Assembly (NCBI GenBank): GCA_973895155.1
Contig: OZ316897.1
Location: forward strand, 19,292,168-19,356,167
Reading direction: 5' to 3'
Source of the DNA: Marsupella aquatica
Lineage: Eukaryota; Plantae; Marchantiophyta
DNA length: 64,000 nt
The notes under the pieces are model-generated. The model worked only from the letters and a program-made list of their open reading frames with translations. It made no database searches and was not told where the DNA came from. Positions 12,576 to 26,045 of the stretch are shown here, one piece after another. The position numbers were made by a program, and so were the translations under genes. Numbering within the stretch: position 1 is the first letter of the stretch; each line of letters opens with the position of its first letter.

Positions 12576-13610
12576 ATGAGTGATTCGGAGGAGTTTTTTG
12601 AAGACGTGGAACTTGAAGCACGAGGATCACCGCGGAGGTTTCAGGGGCAGAGAGAGGAGCAGGAGGAAGAGCACGTGACACCGATACCATCACCGGTGCG
12701 GCGTGTGGTGGAGGAAGCAGTGCTACTACCGGAGCTCACGGTAAAGAAGAAGATGGGGACTTTCAAGCTTGGGGGACCCAAGTATGAAGTGACAAAGTAT
12801 GATGGGCGCTCTGACTACTTGCTATGGGAGAAGCAGGTGAAGGGAGTGCTTTATGCGTCAGGGATGGGCCAACTGCTGAGCCCTCGTGAAGACGATGTTG
12901 ATGAGAAACAATGGGACCGCATGCAGGAGCAGGGAGTGTGGTGTGTTACACTCTATCTCATGCCTCCCATCATCAAGCAGTTGGGTGCACATAAGGATTG
13001 CATGTCCTTGTTTGCGGAATTGCAGAGCAAGTATCACCGCAAGGAGTTGTCGAACCGGCTCTACACTTCCTACAAACTGATGAGTTTCAGGATGAAGGAA
13101 TCTGGTACGAAGTTGCAAGACCATGTGGATGCTTTCAACGACATGGTTGTTGACTTGGAAAACCTTGGGAAGACTTTGAATGATGAGACGAAGGCTCTGC
13201 AACTTCTTAGTTCATTGCCTCCATCTTACCAGTCCCTATCACGAGTGTTGTTGCATCGTGATAGGGATACCATTTCATACAATGACGTGGTAAGTTCTCT
13301 GCTTAGTGATGATCTTCAGCAGAAGATGCACATCACGTCACAGCCTTCATCATCTGGTGCTGCCCTCAATGTTAACCGTGGGAGGAGTATGCAGCGACCA
13401 ATTGGGGACCGTAGAACCCAGTTTAGATCTAAATCCAGATCTAAGTCCAAGGGTAAATCCCCTCAGAGGAGGCAGGTGACATGTTGGAAGTGCAACCAAG
13501 TTGGACACTTCAAGCAAGACTGTAAGGGAAAGGCAGCGGAAACTTCATCGGCAAATGTGGCTAGGGCTGATGGAGAAGCTGATTTACTCAATGATGAGTA
13601 TGTTTTATGA
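12576..13610 (+). CDS. gag: Copia Gag
   Basis: 344-aa ORF with YDGRSDYLLW, LLSSLPPSY and the zinc knuckle CWKCNQVGHFKQDC. Confidence 0.92.
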   Translation: MSDSEEFFEDVELEARGSPRRFQGQREEQEEEHVTPIPSPVRRVVEEAVLLPELTVKKKMGTFKLGGPKYEVTKYDGRSDYLLWEKQVKGVLYASGMGQLLSPREDDVDEKQWDRMQEQGVWCVTLYLMPPIIKQLGAHKDCMSLFAELQSKYHRKELSNRLYTSYKLMSFRMKESGTKLQDHVDAFNDMVVDLENLGKTLNDETKALQLLSSLPPSYQSLSRVLLHRDRDTISYNDVVSSLLSDDLQQKMHITSQPSSSGAALNVNRGRSMQRPIGDRRTQFRSKSRSKSKGKSPQRRQVTCWKCNQVGHFKQDCKGKAAETSSANVARADGEADLLNDEYVL

Positions 13611-16600
13611 AGCCGGGGGTATGCCCTGTGCACGTCATCTAGGAGAGCAGATGATGTGTGGATTCTTGATTGTGCTTGCTCTTTTCATATTTGTTACATT
13701 CGTGAGTTTTTCAGTTCTTACTCTGTTTCAAACGGTTCAGTTCTGATGGGAAATGATCACTCCTGTCAAATTGAGGGAATTGGGTCTGTGAAGATTCAAA
13801 TGTTTGATGGCGCTGTGCGCACAGTGTCCGGAGTCAGGTATATACCTGGCATGCGTAAGAATCTGATTTCACTCGGTGTGTTGGATTCAAATGGTCATCA
13901 ATGGAGCGTTATTGATGGTGAACTTCAAGTCAGGTCGGGAGAGACAGTGATTTTGAAGGGGAGTAGACAAAAGAATTTGTATGTGTTACAGGGCAATACT
14001 GTATGTGGAGAGGCCAATGTAACCAAGTCTCACGAGGAGATGACTCAACTGTGGCATTCACGGCTAGGCCACATGAGTGAGAAGGGTTTGGCTATCTTAC
14101 GGAAGAATGGACTCATTTCTGATTTGCAATCTTGTAAATTAGAGTTTTGTGAGCATTGCATTCTTGGAAAGCAGCATCGTCGTGCTTTTGGTGTTGGAAC
14201 TCATCGTTCCAAAGCGGTTCTTGAGTACATACATAGTGACGTGTGGGGTCCATCCCCGACTCCCTCACACTCTGGAAAGTTGTACTATGTATCATTTATT
14301 GATGATTACTCAAGATTTGTGTGGATTTATTTCATGACGCATAAGTCTGATGTCTTGTCCATTTTTAAGAAGTGGAAGGCCCAGGTGGAGAATCAGACTG
14401 GAAACACGATCAAGTGTTTGGATACAAGGGTGAAGAGTCTGAGGTCAGACAACGGCGGGGAATACACTTCAATGGAATTTGAAGAGTACTGTTCAGAACC
14501 GGGGATAACTCGCCATCTCACCACAGTTTATACTCCGCAGCAGAATGGTGTCGCTGAGAGGCTCAATCGGACACTGTTGGAGCGGTCACGGAGTATGTTG
14601 AGCCAATCAGGTTTACCACAAGAATTTTGGGCAGAAGCTGTCAATACCGCAGCTTATTTGGTAAATCTTTCTCCTTCTAGTGCTATCAATTTCAAAACGC
14701 CGTTTGAGATGCGCTATAAGCGGCAAGCAGACTATCATGGCTTGGTAGTTTTTGGAAGTGATGCATATGCTCTCACACCAAAGCAGAATAGGACCAAGTT
14801 GGATCCTACCTCCAGGAAATGTGTTTTTCTTGGGTACCAGAGTGGTGTGAAAGCCTATAGGCTATGGGATTCTATTGCCTGTAAGCTCGTTGTTAGTAGG
14901 GATGTTTCCTTCAATGAATCCAGATTATTGAAGGAGGGGGAGAATACTCAGGTCTCCCGTACTGACAAAGGAAAATCTCATATCCCGGATCTCGTTGAGG
15001 GGGAGATTGGTTATGAGGTGCATGACCGGAGAGAAGGAGTTGCTCCAATTATGGAGCTGGTTCCTGTGCCAGAGGAACCAGAGGAGTTTGTTGATGCTGG
15101 TGAGCAGCAAGTGGATGCTGTTGAGCTTCAAATTGTACCAGCACACGCAGATCAACCAGAGTCATCGGCTAGAAGAACATCTGGTCGCACTGTACGCGCT
15201 CCACCAAGGTATGGACAGTGGGTTGATTCATCTCAACTGCAAGAGGATGATTTTACAGCTGATGATGAGGGTGATGCGTTAATTTTGGAAGAAGGAGAAC
15301 CTTCTTCATTTCATGAGGCAAGTGCTTCAAAGGAGAAGTAGAAGTGGACTGCAGCAATGCAAACGGAGATGTAGTCACTAAAGGACAACAAAACTTGGGA
15401 GCTTGTTAAGCTGCCTAAGGGTCAGCAAGTGGTGGACAGCAAGTGGATTTACAAGCTGAAGGATAATTCCATAGGAGGTGGATCGAAGGTCTACAAGGCT
15501 AGATTGGTAGCAAAGGGATTCACACAAGAGAAAGGTGTGGATTACAATGAGGTCTTCTCACCAGTTGCTAAGTACTCTACAATACGACTATTGTGTGTAC
15601 TTGTTGTAATGTTTGGTCTGCTCCTAGATCAGATGGATGTTGTCACAGCTTTCCTCTATGGCACATTGGAAGAGGTGATCTTCATGAGACAACCGCTAGG
15701 TTTTGTGAACAGAGGATAGGAGGAATTGGTTTGCAGATTGCTGAAATCCTTGTATGGGTTGAAGCAGTCACCAAGACAGTGGAACAAGCGGTTTGACGAT
15801 TGGATTCGGTCACAAGGTTTTCACAGAAGTGTATTTGACCCTTGTGTGTATTTGAAACCGGTGAAGAATGTTGTCTTTGGGTTCATTGTTTTAGTACTTT
15901 ATGTGGATGACATGCTAATTGCAGCCAAGGATAGGTCTGAGATTGTTAAGCTCAAGGCACTGCTTAGTGCAGAGTTTAAGATGAAGGACTTAGGGCCAGC
16001 TAAGAGGATTTTGGGTATGGAGATCACTAGGGACTTGGAGGCTGGCAAGCTATGGTTGACGCAGAGCAGTTATGCGAGGAAGGTAATTGCAAGGTTCAAC
16101 ATGGAGAATAGCAAGCCAGTAAGTACCCCGTTGGCTCCACACTTCAAGTTATCATCAGCGTTCTGTCCTACGGATGACACAGAGAAGGGGTTGATGTCAA
16201 AGGTTCCATATGACAAGGCAGTGGGGAGTCTCATGTATTTGATGACTTGCACTAGACCTGATCTTGCCATGGCTATGGGCAAGGTGAGCAGGTACATGTC
16301 GAATCCAGGGAAGGTACACTGGGAAGCAGTGAAGTGGATTATCAGGTACTTGAAGGGTACCGTGGATCATGGTCTTTTATTTGATGCGAATGCAAAGAAT
16401 GCTAGATCATTGATTGGCTATGTAGATTCTGACTATGGACAAGATTTGGACCGAAGGAGATCAACAACAGGATACGTGTTCACACTTGGCGGTGGATGCA
16501 TAAGTTGGAGGTCTACTACTTGCAGAAGTGTATTGCTCAGTCTACTACAGAAGCGGAGTATGTTGCAGCTGCGGAAGCAGCAAAGGAAGCGATTTGGTTG

Positions 16601-16885
16601 GATAGACTTATCACTGAAATGGGATTGCCACAGGGGAATGTGAAGCTCCATTGTGATAGTCAAAGTGCGCTCCACCTTGCTGTGAACCAGGTGATGGACA
16701 GCAGAGTGAAGCACATTGACGTCAGGTACCATTTTATCAGGCAGGCTGTGTCTGATAATTTGTTTGAGCTAGTCAAGATTGATGGTAAACTCAACCCGGC
16801 TGACGCATTTACCAAAGTGATTTCTTTGGAGAGTTTCTCTAGACACCGTGACGTATTGCAGGTTTTGCAATTGCATCACAAGTAG
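13611..16885 (+). pseudogene. pol: Copia pol (protease, integrase, RT, RNase H), disrupted
   Basis: WILDCACSFH, WHSRLGH, SDNGGEY, PQQNGVAER, KSLYGLKQSPRQW, YVDDM, KHIDVRYHF. TAG stops at 15339, 15372 and 15717; frameshift near 16515. Confidence 0.93.
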
Positions 16886-17076
16886 AGTTTTCTTAAACAT
16901 TCATTGTAATTACTGATATATGCTCTTCCTCATTCCTATGTATTAGGCTACGGCTTAGTTCTGGTTTGCTCTAGTTAGAGAGGGAAACCGGTTTGGTTTC
17001 TGTCCAGAACTTCCCGCTGAGGGATCATATACATTGGCAGTATTACTCTCCCCTAGACCAGAGTCAAGGGGAAGAT

Positions 17077-17497
17077 TGTTGGGTATTTACTCTTACGTCT
17101 AGGTTAGGTATGACGTGGTTGGTACAACAACGTGGGTTGGTACAACTACGTGGTTAGGTACAACTACGTGATTAGGTACAACTATGTGGTTAGGTACAAC
17201 TACGTGATTAGGTACAACTATGTGGTTAGGTACAACTAAGTTGCACACTATATCATAAGAGGCATGTGTGCTTGGAGAGGTAGAACCAAGGCTCATTGTT
17301 ATGGAGCCACTTGAGAGATAGGGAGAGCGTACACTGTGGAGACTCGGTATAGCCGACGGGCTTAGAGTTCAGTAAAGCTCTCTTGTGTGTTCCCGTGGAC
17401 GTAGCCTCAAGGAGGTGAACCACGTATCTCTTGTGTCGACTATTGTGCGTTGGATGGTTCATGGGCTTGCCGTTGCGATCGTCGTCTATGCTCAACA
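17077..17497 (+). repeat. Copia 3' LTR (421 bp)
   Basis: Follows the PPT; followed by TSD CTCGA. Confidence 0.97.
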
Positions 17498-19548
17498 CTC
17501 GAAAATGTCTCAAACTTTGTTAGACAATACATTGGACATCAGAGACCATGCTGGAAAAAATTAGGTTAAGAAATCCATAAGTTCTTCAAATAAATCACCG
17601 CATCTGCCAAAATCAAAGGAAAGGTTTATGTCGCAAATCAAGGCATCATTTGCATTTTGAAAATGTGTTATTACTCATGAAGTTTGTAACAACTTGAAAA
17701 TTTTCTTAAGCGGTGAGCTTGAATCTGTGATATGGGAGCAATGGAAAACATGTTTTTGTTCACACCTTCCATTTTATTGATCCATTTTAAGTGATTTCAA
17801 TTGGGCTGAGATAGGAGCTTCAAGACAAAGAAGCCTCATTCTGCTCTAGGCAACATGCTCAGTCATTGAGACAACACTACAATGAAGAGAGGCAGTTTTC
17901 AAAAAAAACATGACTTGATGTCTTGATTAGTTTCCCCACAAAGTAGCTAGTCATAGTCATCAAGTGCAATCCATGACCAGTTCCTTTTTCCTTTTTAGTG
18001 CAGCAGCAGCTATCGCCTTAGGCAGTGCATGGGGAGCTCCAACCCTCATGGGAGGATAAGCATTTGTGTCGAACCTTTTCAGTTCATGCTTTTCTACCAA
18101 GTTATTTATCCATTAACATGCAATAGCACTTGTTTTTCTTTTCCTTGAAAAACACTTGTATTTCTTTTCCTTGAAAAACACTTGTATTTCTTTTATGAAA
18201 CATGTATAACAGACATTTAGAGTTGCAATAGAAGGGGTGTACATCTGCCAATGAACAAAAAGCTGAAGGGGGTAGTCTTTAGAAAACTAGGAAGACTAAA
18301 GAGCTAAGAATTCTGAGAGTCCCCCACCTAAGTATGGCAAAAGAACCAAACCCATTAGTACATAAACCTTTTAACGTGCTCTAATTATTATAGTTTGCAT
18401 AAAATTTCTGGTCAAATGGCTATCTTGAAGGAACAACGCAAAATATTTAAAGGTTTTACTGCAATGATTGGAGAACCTTCTTGGGCACTAGACCAAGCCC
18501 ATCGTCCCCAAGGGTGCTTGATCATGAAGTATGAAACATATTATAGGAGTGTTCCAAAAGCTTGGATAGTATTTTTGGAAGGTCCATTAAAAAAAAGGAC
18601 AAATCAAGATTGAATGGATTTAATGCAACCTTTGTTTGAGGTGGTCAACCAAGTTGGATTGTGTACGCGCATTGGGAGCAAAATTTTTGATTTAATTATG
18701 TGTTGAGTACACCTAATTACGGCTATGGTAGGGTAACAAAGAATACAACAATCATTATTCCCAAATATATAGGTTTACTTGGGTATTGTTTAGTTGAATC
18801 TAGACACTCATGTTTTGTTTATGTTTTTTGAGTAAGATTTGTTCCGCGTGAAGCCCACAGATTTGGGAGACCAGCGGGCCCAAGGAGGCAAGTGGGCGCC
18901 AGAAGGCCAAAGGTGTAAATAGGGGACATATTCAGGTCATCAGACGTCTAGCGATATACATACAGAACCTTCTTCCTCCCAATGAGACGGGACCCCATCT
19001 GTAGAAAGGGTCTCTACTTCATCTCAAGAATCATTCCACATAAAGACTAAAGTACTCTCTTGAGCCTACCATCTACAGTAGTTAAACCACAAAGAACCCA
19101 GACCAGCAAACAGGTCCTTTCTGACTCAAGCACCTCCTTGTGGGTAGTAGTCTTGTCTGTTGCCATAGTTGGAACAACTAAGCTTTCAAGAATTTCTGGT
19201 TGAAGAGACATTTTCTATTAGAGTCAAACTAGCCCCATGCCCGTGCATTGCACAGAAAATTTCAAGGTGAGAAAATAATGTTGAGGTGAGAAATAAATGT
19301 CAAGGTGAGAAAATGATGGTGAGACGAGGAAAAGATGTCAAGGAGAAAAAAAGATCTGGAGGAGAAAAAAGATATTGAGATGGGAAATGCTATCGAGATG
19401 AAAAAAATGTCAAGGTGAGGAAAAGATGTTGGGGAGAAAAAAATATGTCGAAATGAGGAAACATGTCAAGCTTTGTGAGGTACTTGTTGAGGCATGTTAT
19501 GTATCATCCCAGTCATAGTCATTGTGGTTGTGTTCAGCCCCATGTGTC

Positions 19549-22500
19549 TGTGACATGGGTAATGTCTCACTAAACAGGATGCAAGTCATAGATTAGGACT
19601 TATACGGTCATTAGGACCGTAGCCGTAGCGTAGAGTAGTACGAATAGCCATCTTTGCCATTATGAATAGATTAGGAGTAAGTTAGTTGACTGAATGATTA
19701 CAAATTAAGGGAATGAAGTTATTACGATCGGCCAAGGTACGGTGGTGGCGGCGGGGTAAAAGTCAGTTAGGAGATCACGCTTGGACCGAGACACCCAACT
19801 TCGAGCCATTATTGACGACTAAAATGGCCTCCCCTTCTCACGCTCGAGCTCACCCCGGCACCTCCATAAGAGCTGAGTTGATGGCGACGCGGCCCATTTG
19901 CTCATTCATACTTTTTGGAATTCGCGGACGCTGCCACTCACTCTTGCATTTTACTCGGATCGAGCTAACTTTTACAAGGAAATTATCAAAGGTTAAGAGC
20001 GGATTGTGGCAATTTAGTCAGGGCGAGGAAGGCCTCCACCAGCGAGCGAAACAATCGGGCGGGGATGTGGACTTGACAAACCAGACTGCAAGGTTAGTAT
20101 GACCCTTACAACCTTGGGATTTTGGACCTTGTTTGGCGAGGTAGGTGCTAAGTTCTCCGAGACTTACTGGTACTCTTGCCCCGAGAAAGCCGCCTACGAA
20201 CAAAGATATATACACGAAGTTGGTGGCCAAGGTAGCACAAGTTAACTGTGAGAAGATAGTCATCACCAGGGATTCCAGCTACAACGAGCTGCGGGACTTA
20301 GATCGGTAGCAGAGGCAATTCTCAAAGTCCCCACGAAGTTCTTTAGGCTGAAGGGCAGCCAGAAGCTGACTCAAGTGGAGTTTGACAAGATCCCGGGTTA
20401 CATCGACCAGCAGATTGCAGCCGAGAAGCGCGAAGAAGACATCAACAAACAACAAGAAGCGACACGTAATCTCACATTTCTTGGGGAAAACTCCAACACC
20501 TTTGACTGGGATATGGCTACTCCGACAGCACCCCCGACCACTTGGCCCACAACTACCGGCGTACCGCCAAACCGAACCCAGGTCCGTCCGGTGAACAACA
20601 CCGAGTGCTCTTCAGGTTTTGACGGACAAGTTAGTCCGCAACTGGAGCAACGCTCCCGTAAGCGGGCAAGGAATACGCCGGCCCCCAAAATGACCGCGCG
20701 GACTAACGCCGCCCCTGCACCTGCCCTGGCCAACCCACCGCCCAACAACCAGTCCCAACGGCCCTCCGACCACCAAAACCGGACCTGTTGCAGGTAATCC
20801 GCATCCCCGAAGTAGTCTGGACCGCCATCAAGAAACCAGACCACGCGGGCTACCTTAAGGAGCATCAGTTGGAGCAGTTCGCTCACTTGCTATGGAGGCC
20901 TAGTGCAGTCGGGCCAAAGGAGGTTTATGAGTTCATCTCCAACTTTGACATTGATGCAGCGGCCACCAAGGTTTCAGGGTAGATCCTATCACTTACGGAG
21001 TATTGGTTGGCACATATCTTTTGTCTGCCAACCGAGCCTGTGTCGGTTGCTCCGAATTCGGGATAAGGAGTATACACCCCAACACTTCAAACCCGAGGGT
21101 AAGACGGACAATGGGTATAAGCAGGGATCATGTACCAACTTAGTCTGTATGGAGCGGCTTAACTTCATACGGACTACCCTACACATGATTGAGCCACGAT
21201 CTGAGATCTCCCTCTATACGATTGTATAGGTGGAGCAGTACAAGCGACAGAATTGGGCCCAATTCTTTTGCCGTAGGTTCTTGGGGGAGCTTAAGCGGGC
21301 TCAAGCAGGTATGTCTATCGGGGGAAGGACCTACCTAGGAAGTCACATCACCATCATCCTAGGCTGGTACAAGGCACAACGGGAGGCCAGGGGAAAGAAT
21401 ATGGCCACCTTGGCCCCAACTAGCGTTGCCCCCGAGTTCGAGGAAACCGCACCGATCGAGCGGACTACACCACCTCGGGTAACCCCAAGACCGCGGCACC
21501 GATCGAGCGGACTACACCTCCCCCCGTCGAGCCCCCGCTACCCCCAACGCAACCACCTCCCATTCCTCCGCCGCCAGAAGAAACCATTCCCTCCCCATTA
21601 TGGACTACGGAGGAAGTCGTTGCCCCGGCCGAGGACGCAGCCCCAACCGAGGATGCACTCCCGCCTGAGGCACCCCTGCCCGAGAGAATGGAGGACTACC
21701 AGGTAGTCCCGGGTACCGTAGCCCACAACCTGGTCCAGAAATTTAGCCAGGACCTGTTGGGGGAGCTGACGACGTACATTGGGCAACAAGTCGCACAGTA
21801 CTTCCAGCCAGCCTTCTTCATGTTAGAGCACCAACCACGGATCGTAAGCCGCTTGGAGGAAGAACTCATGGCAAAGGGGAACGAGATCGGTCGCCTCCAA
21901 ATGCTAGTAGAACACCTCGAGGAGGAGGCCACCACCCGCCGTGAAGATTTAGTCCGCACTGTCGAACAGCGGGATGGACTAAGCCAAGAGTTGCTCACGG
22001 CTCAGGCGGATCTTAAGAAGCTAGACGACACCGTGCTTCAGCTGCACTCAGAGTCCTCGGCTCGGGTTACCAGCCTGACCGACCTCAACAAACAATTCCT
22101 GCATGCAGCTTAGTAGGTGGCTAGTGTCTCCGTCAAGCGAGACAAATTGCTGGCACAGAACCAGACCCATCGTGACTCCATCAGCTAGCTCAACCAAGAG
22201 GTAGCACGGCTCCATACCGAGGCCGACGTAGCCGCGAACGAGCAGAGGAAGCGGTACGGGATAACAAGGCCTTGCAGGAGCGCGTTACCCTGCTCGTAAG
22301 TCAGCGGAACGGACCTGGACCCAACTCTGATCAAGGTGGCTCGAGGTCTTGTTCCGACAAGAGGACAAACCCTAGACCAATGGCAGCACACACATAAGGG
22401 GTGGTTAGTGGAGACAGCAAGCAGGCGCCGCACGAGGCAGTTGGGTCAGCGGCATCTTTTTGATTAGGCTTAACGACAGAATAGTTGTCATTAGGCTCTG

Positions 22501-23388
22501 ATTAGCGGCGCAGAAGGAAGGATTAGGACAGGATCAGTTAGGTTCATCCGGCGTAGGATACAGTCCATCAACGGACTAGAATTGCGGTCAGTAGACTTAG
22601 CTACTGACACCCCGGTCAGCGCCCCCGCCACTGACGATCAACCGGTCAGGGGAAATGCGGCGAGCTAGTCAGAAGGTAGTTAGTCAGTAGGCATTACCCC
22701 GGAAGCTAGTATCTTTTGGTTCCTTTCTGCAAGCATAGTATTTAGGCTACCCCTTCCGCTGTGGCGGGGGAGAGGACTTAGTTTGTCTCAGCGCAAGAAA
22801 AGGCGAGGCACGGGGAGTCCCGGCCTGAGCAGGGTCAGAGTGCACTAAGGAGTGAGAGCCGGAGTTGAGCTTGCTGGACAAGCGCGGGGCGGGGCCTCGT
22901 AGAGACTGGGCATGGACTGCCGTTAGGCCCGCTGGCCCCTTAGAAGTTGAGTCAACTATGTAAACCAATTCTTCGCTGAGTAAATGTAGTCTTTTCCCTC
23001 TGATTCTATTGCGAGTAACTGGTGTTGTGTGTATGCTTTGTCCGGGCAAAGGCGCCATTTGAAGGGACGTACCGGGTGCGGACTAATGGTAGGGATTGCC
23101 ATGACTTGCATGTCGCAAGGTTCTAAGTCGCGTCGATGGCTTGAAAGCCCCAAGCCAGGAGTTAGTCCGAGTCACTAACTATGGGAATATTCCAGTGGTG
23201 GAAAACAAATATACCTATGACCAGTGCGAGTTGCGTAAGTATTATACTAGTAAGTATATCGACTTAGCCTGACTCAGGGCTAATTAGGACCACTACACAC
23301 CTCCTTGCCCGAACCCTCACCCCTACTGGTGGTTGTGGTCGCCCCAGGGAACTAACTTGGATTTAAGGCCCGGGTTATGGGCGCAACA
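19549..23388. mobile_element. 3.84-kb solo-LTR-like element with an internal gene (copy 1)
   Basis: Starts TGTGACA, ends GCGCAACA; flanked by GTGTC (19544-19548) and GTGTT (23389-23393); collinear with 36764-40728. Confidence 0.75.
20050..22467 (+). pseudogene. Disrupted gene: plant-transposon-type domain, Pro-rich linker, coiled coil
   Basis: ORF fragments 20375, 20788, 20903, 21230 and 21688 join across stops and frameshifts into a protein homologous to 37282-39830. Start position approximate. Confidence 0.75.
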
Positions 23389-25696
23389 GTGTTGCACAGA
23401 AGATGTCATTGCATAGAGGATGTTGTTGCATAAATGATGTTACTCTAAAGATGGTGTGGCCCAACCCAGGAAAGACAAAAAAATATTTTAGCAAAAATTT
23501 AGGGGGTCCACCTGCAAAAATATCAGAATGTAAGGTTTATGATTGGATTCCAACCAATTCGTAGCTCCAAAATTTCATCATTAAAAAATGAATAAAATCT
23601 CAATTGTTTTTTTTTAAGAAATAAAAGGGGATAGTATCCAGAGGTATGGATTTTGTCTAATCCAAGGTCACAAAAAGATATCATTTTAATCTAAGGATTG
23701 AGATTGATTCCCGCCAATCCTACTTTCATAAGCAAACAATGCCTTAAAAAGAGTCGGATCCATTAGAGTGTGTAGATACTTGCCCATTCCTAGCAGTCCA
23801 AATGCACCAAAGAACTTAGTATACAGTGGAATAACCCGAGTGTCTTTAAATATTAAAGGTCACTAAGTGTTCTGCGCATCTCAATCAGCTTGAAGTCAGG
23901 ACCAACAATCTCTAACATTCAACCAACTTCGGGCTTTTCTCCAAGAATGTCTAGCATGAGAGCATGTAAAGAAAAGGTGATGAATGATTTCTACACTTCC
24001 TGGGAAAATTTCATAGTCCCCATCAGATTTTCGTATTCAACTAGCCCTGGGACCCTTAAAGAAGCCTTGGGCCAGGACGTGCCAAATAAAAACCTCAAAT
24101 CACAAATCAGCCTGTTTTCCAAACCATACCCCACACCTGTAAATTGGTGCCAAATGCTGTTGAATCTGCATAAATCGATGCCTGTAGGTCTAATCATATC
24201 GTAAACCCTAAATTTGCCAAACTAAAACCCGTGCTTGCTGGATCTCTATCTGTCCAGCACCACTGCCTCATGTTTGGATTGTAGAAAACAAAATCATTAC
24301 TATTGGTCAAGGTACTTCTTCTTTTTTGATCGCACATAGATTTTCATTTGCAGTATAATCTATGGCACTTGGCCGACCCGCTAAACCCCAGAGACCAACT
24401 GAACGAGGGGGTTCTCTCTTTCGAGACACTGAAAATTTATTTTTATCTATAGTCTTGTACTAGCCTGAATTCGTTTGCATGTGCATGGGAATGGCTCCCT
24501 AAACCCAGACTCCCCATGCTCACCCCAATTTACAATCATAGAGTAAATATTAAAAAAATGGATGCCAGAGATATTATAGTTCATGGTTTCACCACACAAA
24601 CGTAGGTCATGAATGTAGACTTTGATCACTAATTGTAGCATGGAATCCCCTGAATATAGAGTAGCCTGTATGTTCCAGCTTGCTCAGGCCCACAGTTGCC
24701 TTCCTTACCTTTTGCCTCACCCCAAATGAATATTCAAGCTTTGCTCAGGTCGACAGTTGCTTTCCCAGCTGTTTGCCTCACCCGGAAACTTGTAGTCACC
24801 CCAAGGTCACCTCATCCCAAAATTGTCCGGAAAATTGTAGCCACCCAGGGTCACAGCCTAGAGGGCTTGACTCTAGACCACAGGCTCCATTATAGCCTTA
24901 GAATGTGAATTATCAGTTAGATGACACTTTTGCCGTCCCCACAAGCCGATACGGGGCCCTCATTTTGATTGTCGCCAAAGATTTTGGTCTAGTATTTCTT
25001 GTCTGTTATCCACTCTAATGTTGAACATCTGCATTTCAATATTCGGTAAAATCCCAGATACCGAATGTCAACAATCTCGAGGCATCATGATGACATAAAG
25101 CGCCCATACTACCTCTCTCACCTTTTATCTCACGATGGCACTGTATCAGCCCCGTTTCAGAAAACTATGTCAACGCGAGACTTTCCAGGTACGTGTTCGA
25201 TACCTACCATACCACTGAAGTACACAAACAACAGCGAAATGCTATCGAAGAATTCCTGGAATCCGAATCCCCAAATATGGCGTCCGGTCAGTCGCACGTG
25301 GCATTAGTTCTGACATGGACGGCGACGGCGGTACCGTACTGCCGCCAGTCAGTCCAGTCCGCCTGTCTAAATCTCGGGCAGGAAGCCCTAGTCTACTAGT
25401 CTACGGTACTTCCGGGCAGCTAGACAAAGAACGTACTATCGGAGTCTACGAACACTTGGAGGGCGTCATCTAAGCTGACTCTTGGGCCCATCGAAATGAC
25501 CGCCTCCGTCCTTGGGCTAACCGGTCGTGAGCAGTACAGGAGTACTGTGGTAGAGTACAGTACTGGACGAGATTTGTACTGAAAGACCTGTCATGGTTAC
25601 CGGAGACATTCGACCCGCGACGGTACGGGAGAGCACAGTTGGCACAGTCAGTCAGGCCGTCATGGTCCCCACACTGTCCGTCGAATGGTCTCTAAA

Positions 25697-26045
25697 GAGG
25701 TATTTGTTTCATGGAGCCTAAGCTAAAATTTTCTCTTAAACCAAGTCCATGAGATTTTGGTACATTGATTTAATAGCCATCCTGTCAAGTAAAACATTTT
25801 TTAATTTTGAGAGTGCGTCAAGTAGGTACCAGGTATTTGTTTGATGGGCCCCCGCAACCCAACTTTTCTCCCAAACCAATTCCATTAGATTTTGGGTACT
25901 TTCATTTAACGTCTCTGGATCATTGAGGGATCCCATCAAAACCCAATTTTCATTTGGGGTTCAGTCAAGCATATATCTCATAACATCATTCAAGGATCCC
26001 ATCTAAAACCAATTTTCATTTGGGGGTCCATGAAGCATATATCTC
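25697..26045. mobile_element. Degenerate Mutator-like MITE(s)
   Basis: TIR-like GAGGTATTTGTTTCATGG (25697) and CAGGTATTTGTTTGATGG (~25830), with opposed AAGCATATATCTC ends at 25979 and 26045. Same TIR type as 26856 and 43245. No TSD found. Confidence 0.55.

Larger units (their letters stand above)
11449..17497 (+). mobile_element. Full-length Ty1/copia LTR retrotransposon (Tnt1/Tork-like)
   Basis: TSD CTCGA (11444-11448, 17498-17502); LTRs 11449-11869 and 17077-17497; PBS TGGTATCAGAGC; PPT AAGGGGAAGA at 17066-17075; domain order gag-PR-IN-RT-RH. Confidence 0.97.
19229..23631 (-). mobile_element. Probable non-autonomous Helitron, interrupted by the 19549-23388 element
   Basis: Minus-strand 3' end: hairpin GTGCA-T-TGCAC (19243-19253) then CTAG|T (19229-19232). 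Candidate 5' end A|TCCCCTTTTATTTCTTAAAA at 23631 is tentative. Degenerate ~20-bp internal repeats at 19260-19470. Confidence 0.45.
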
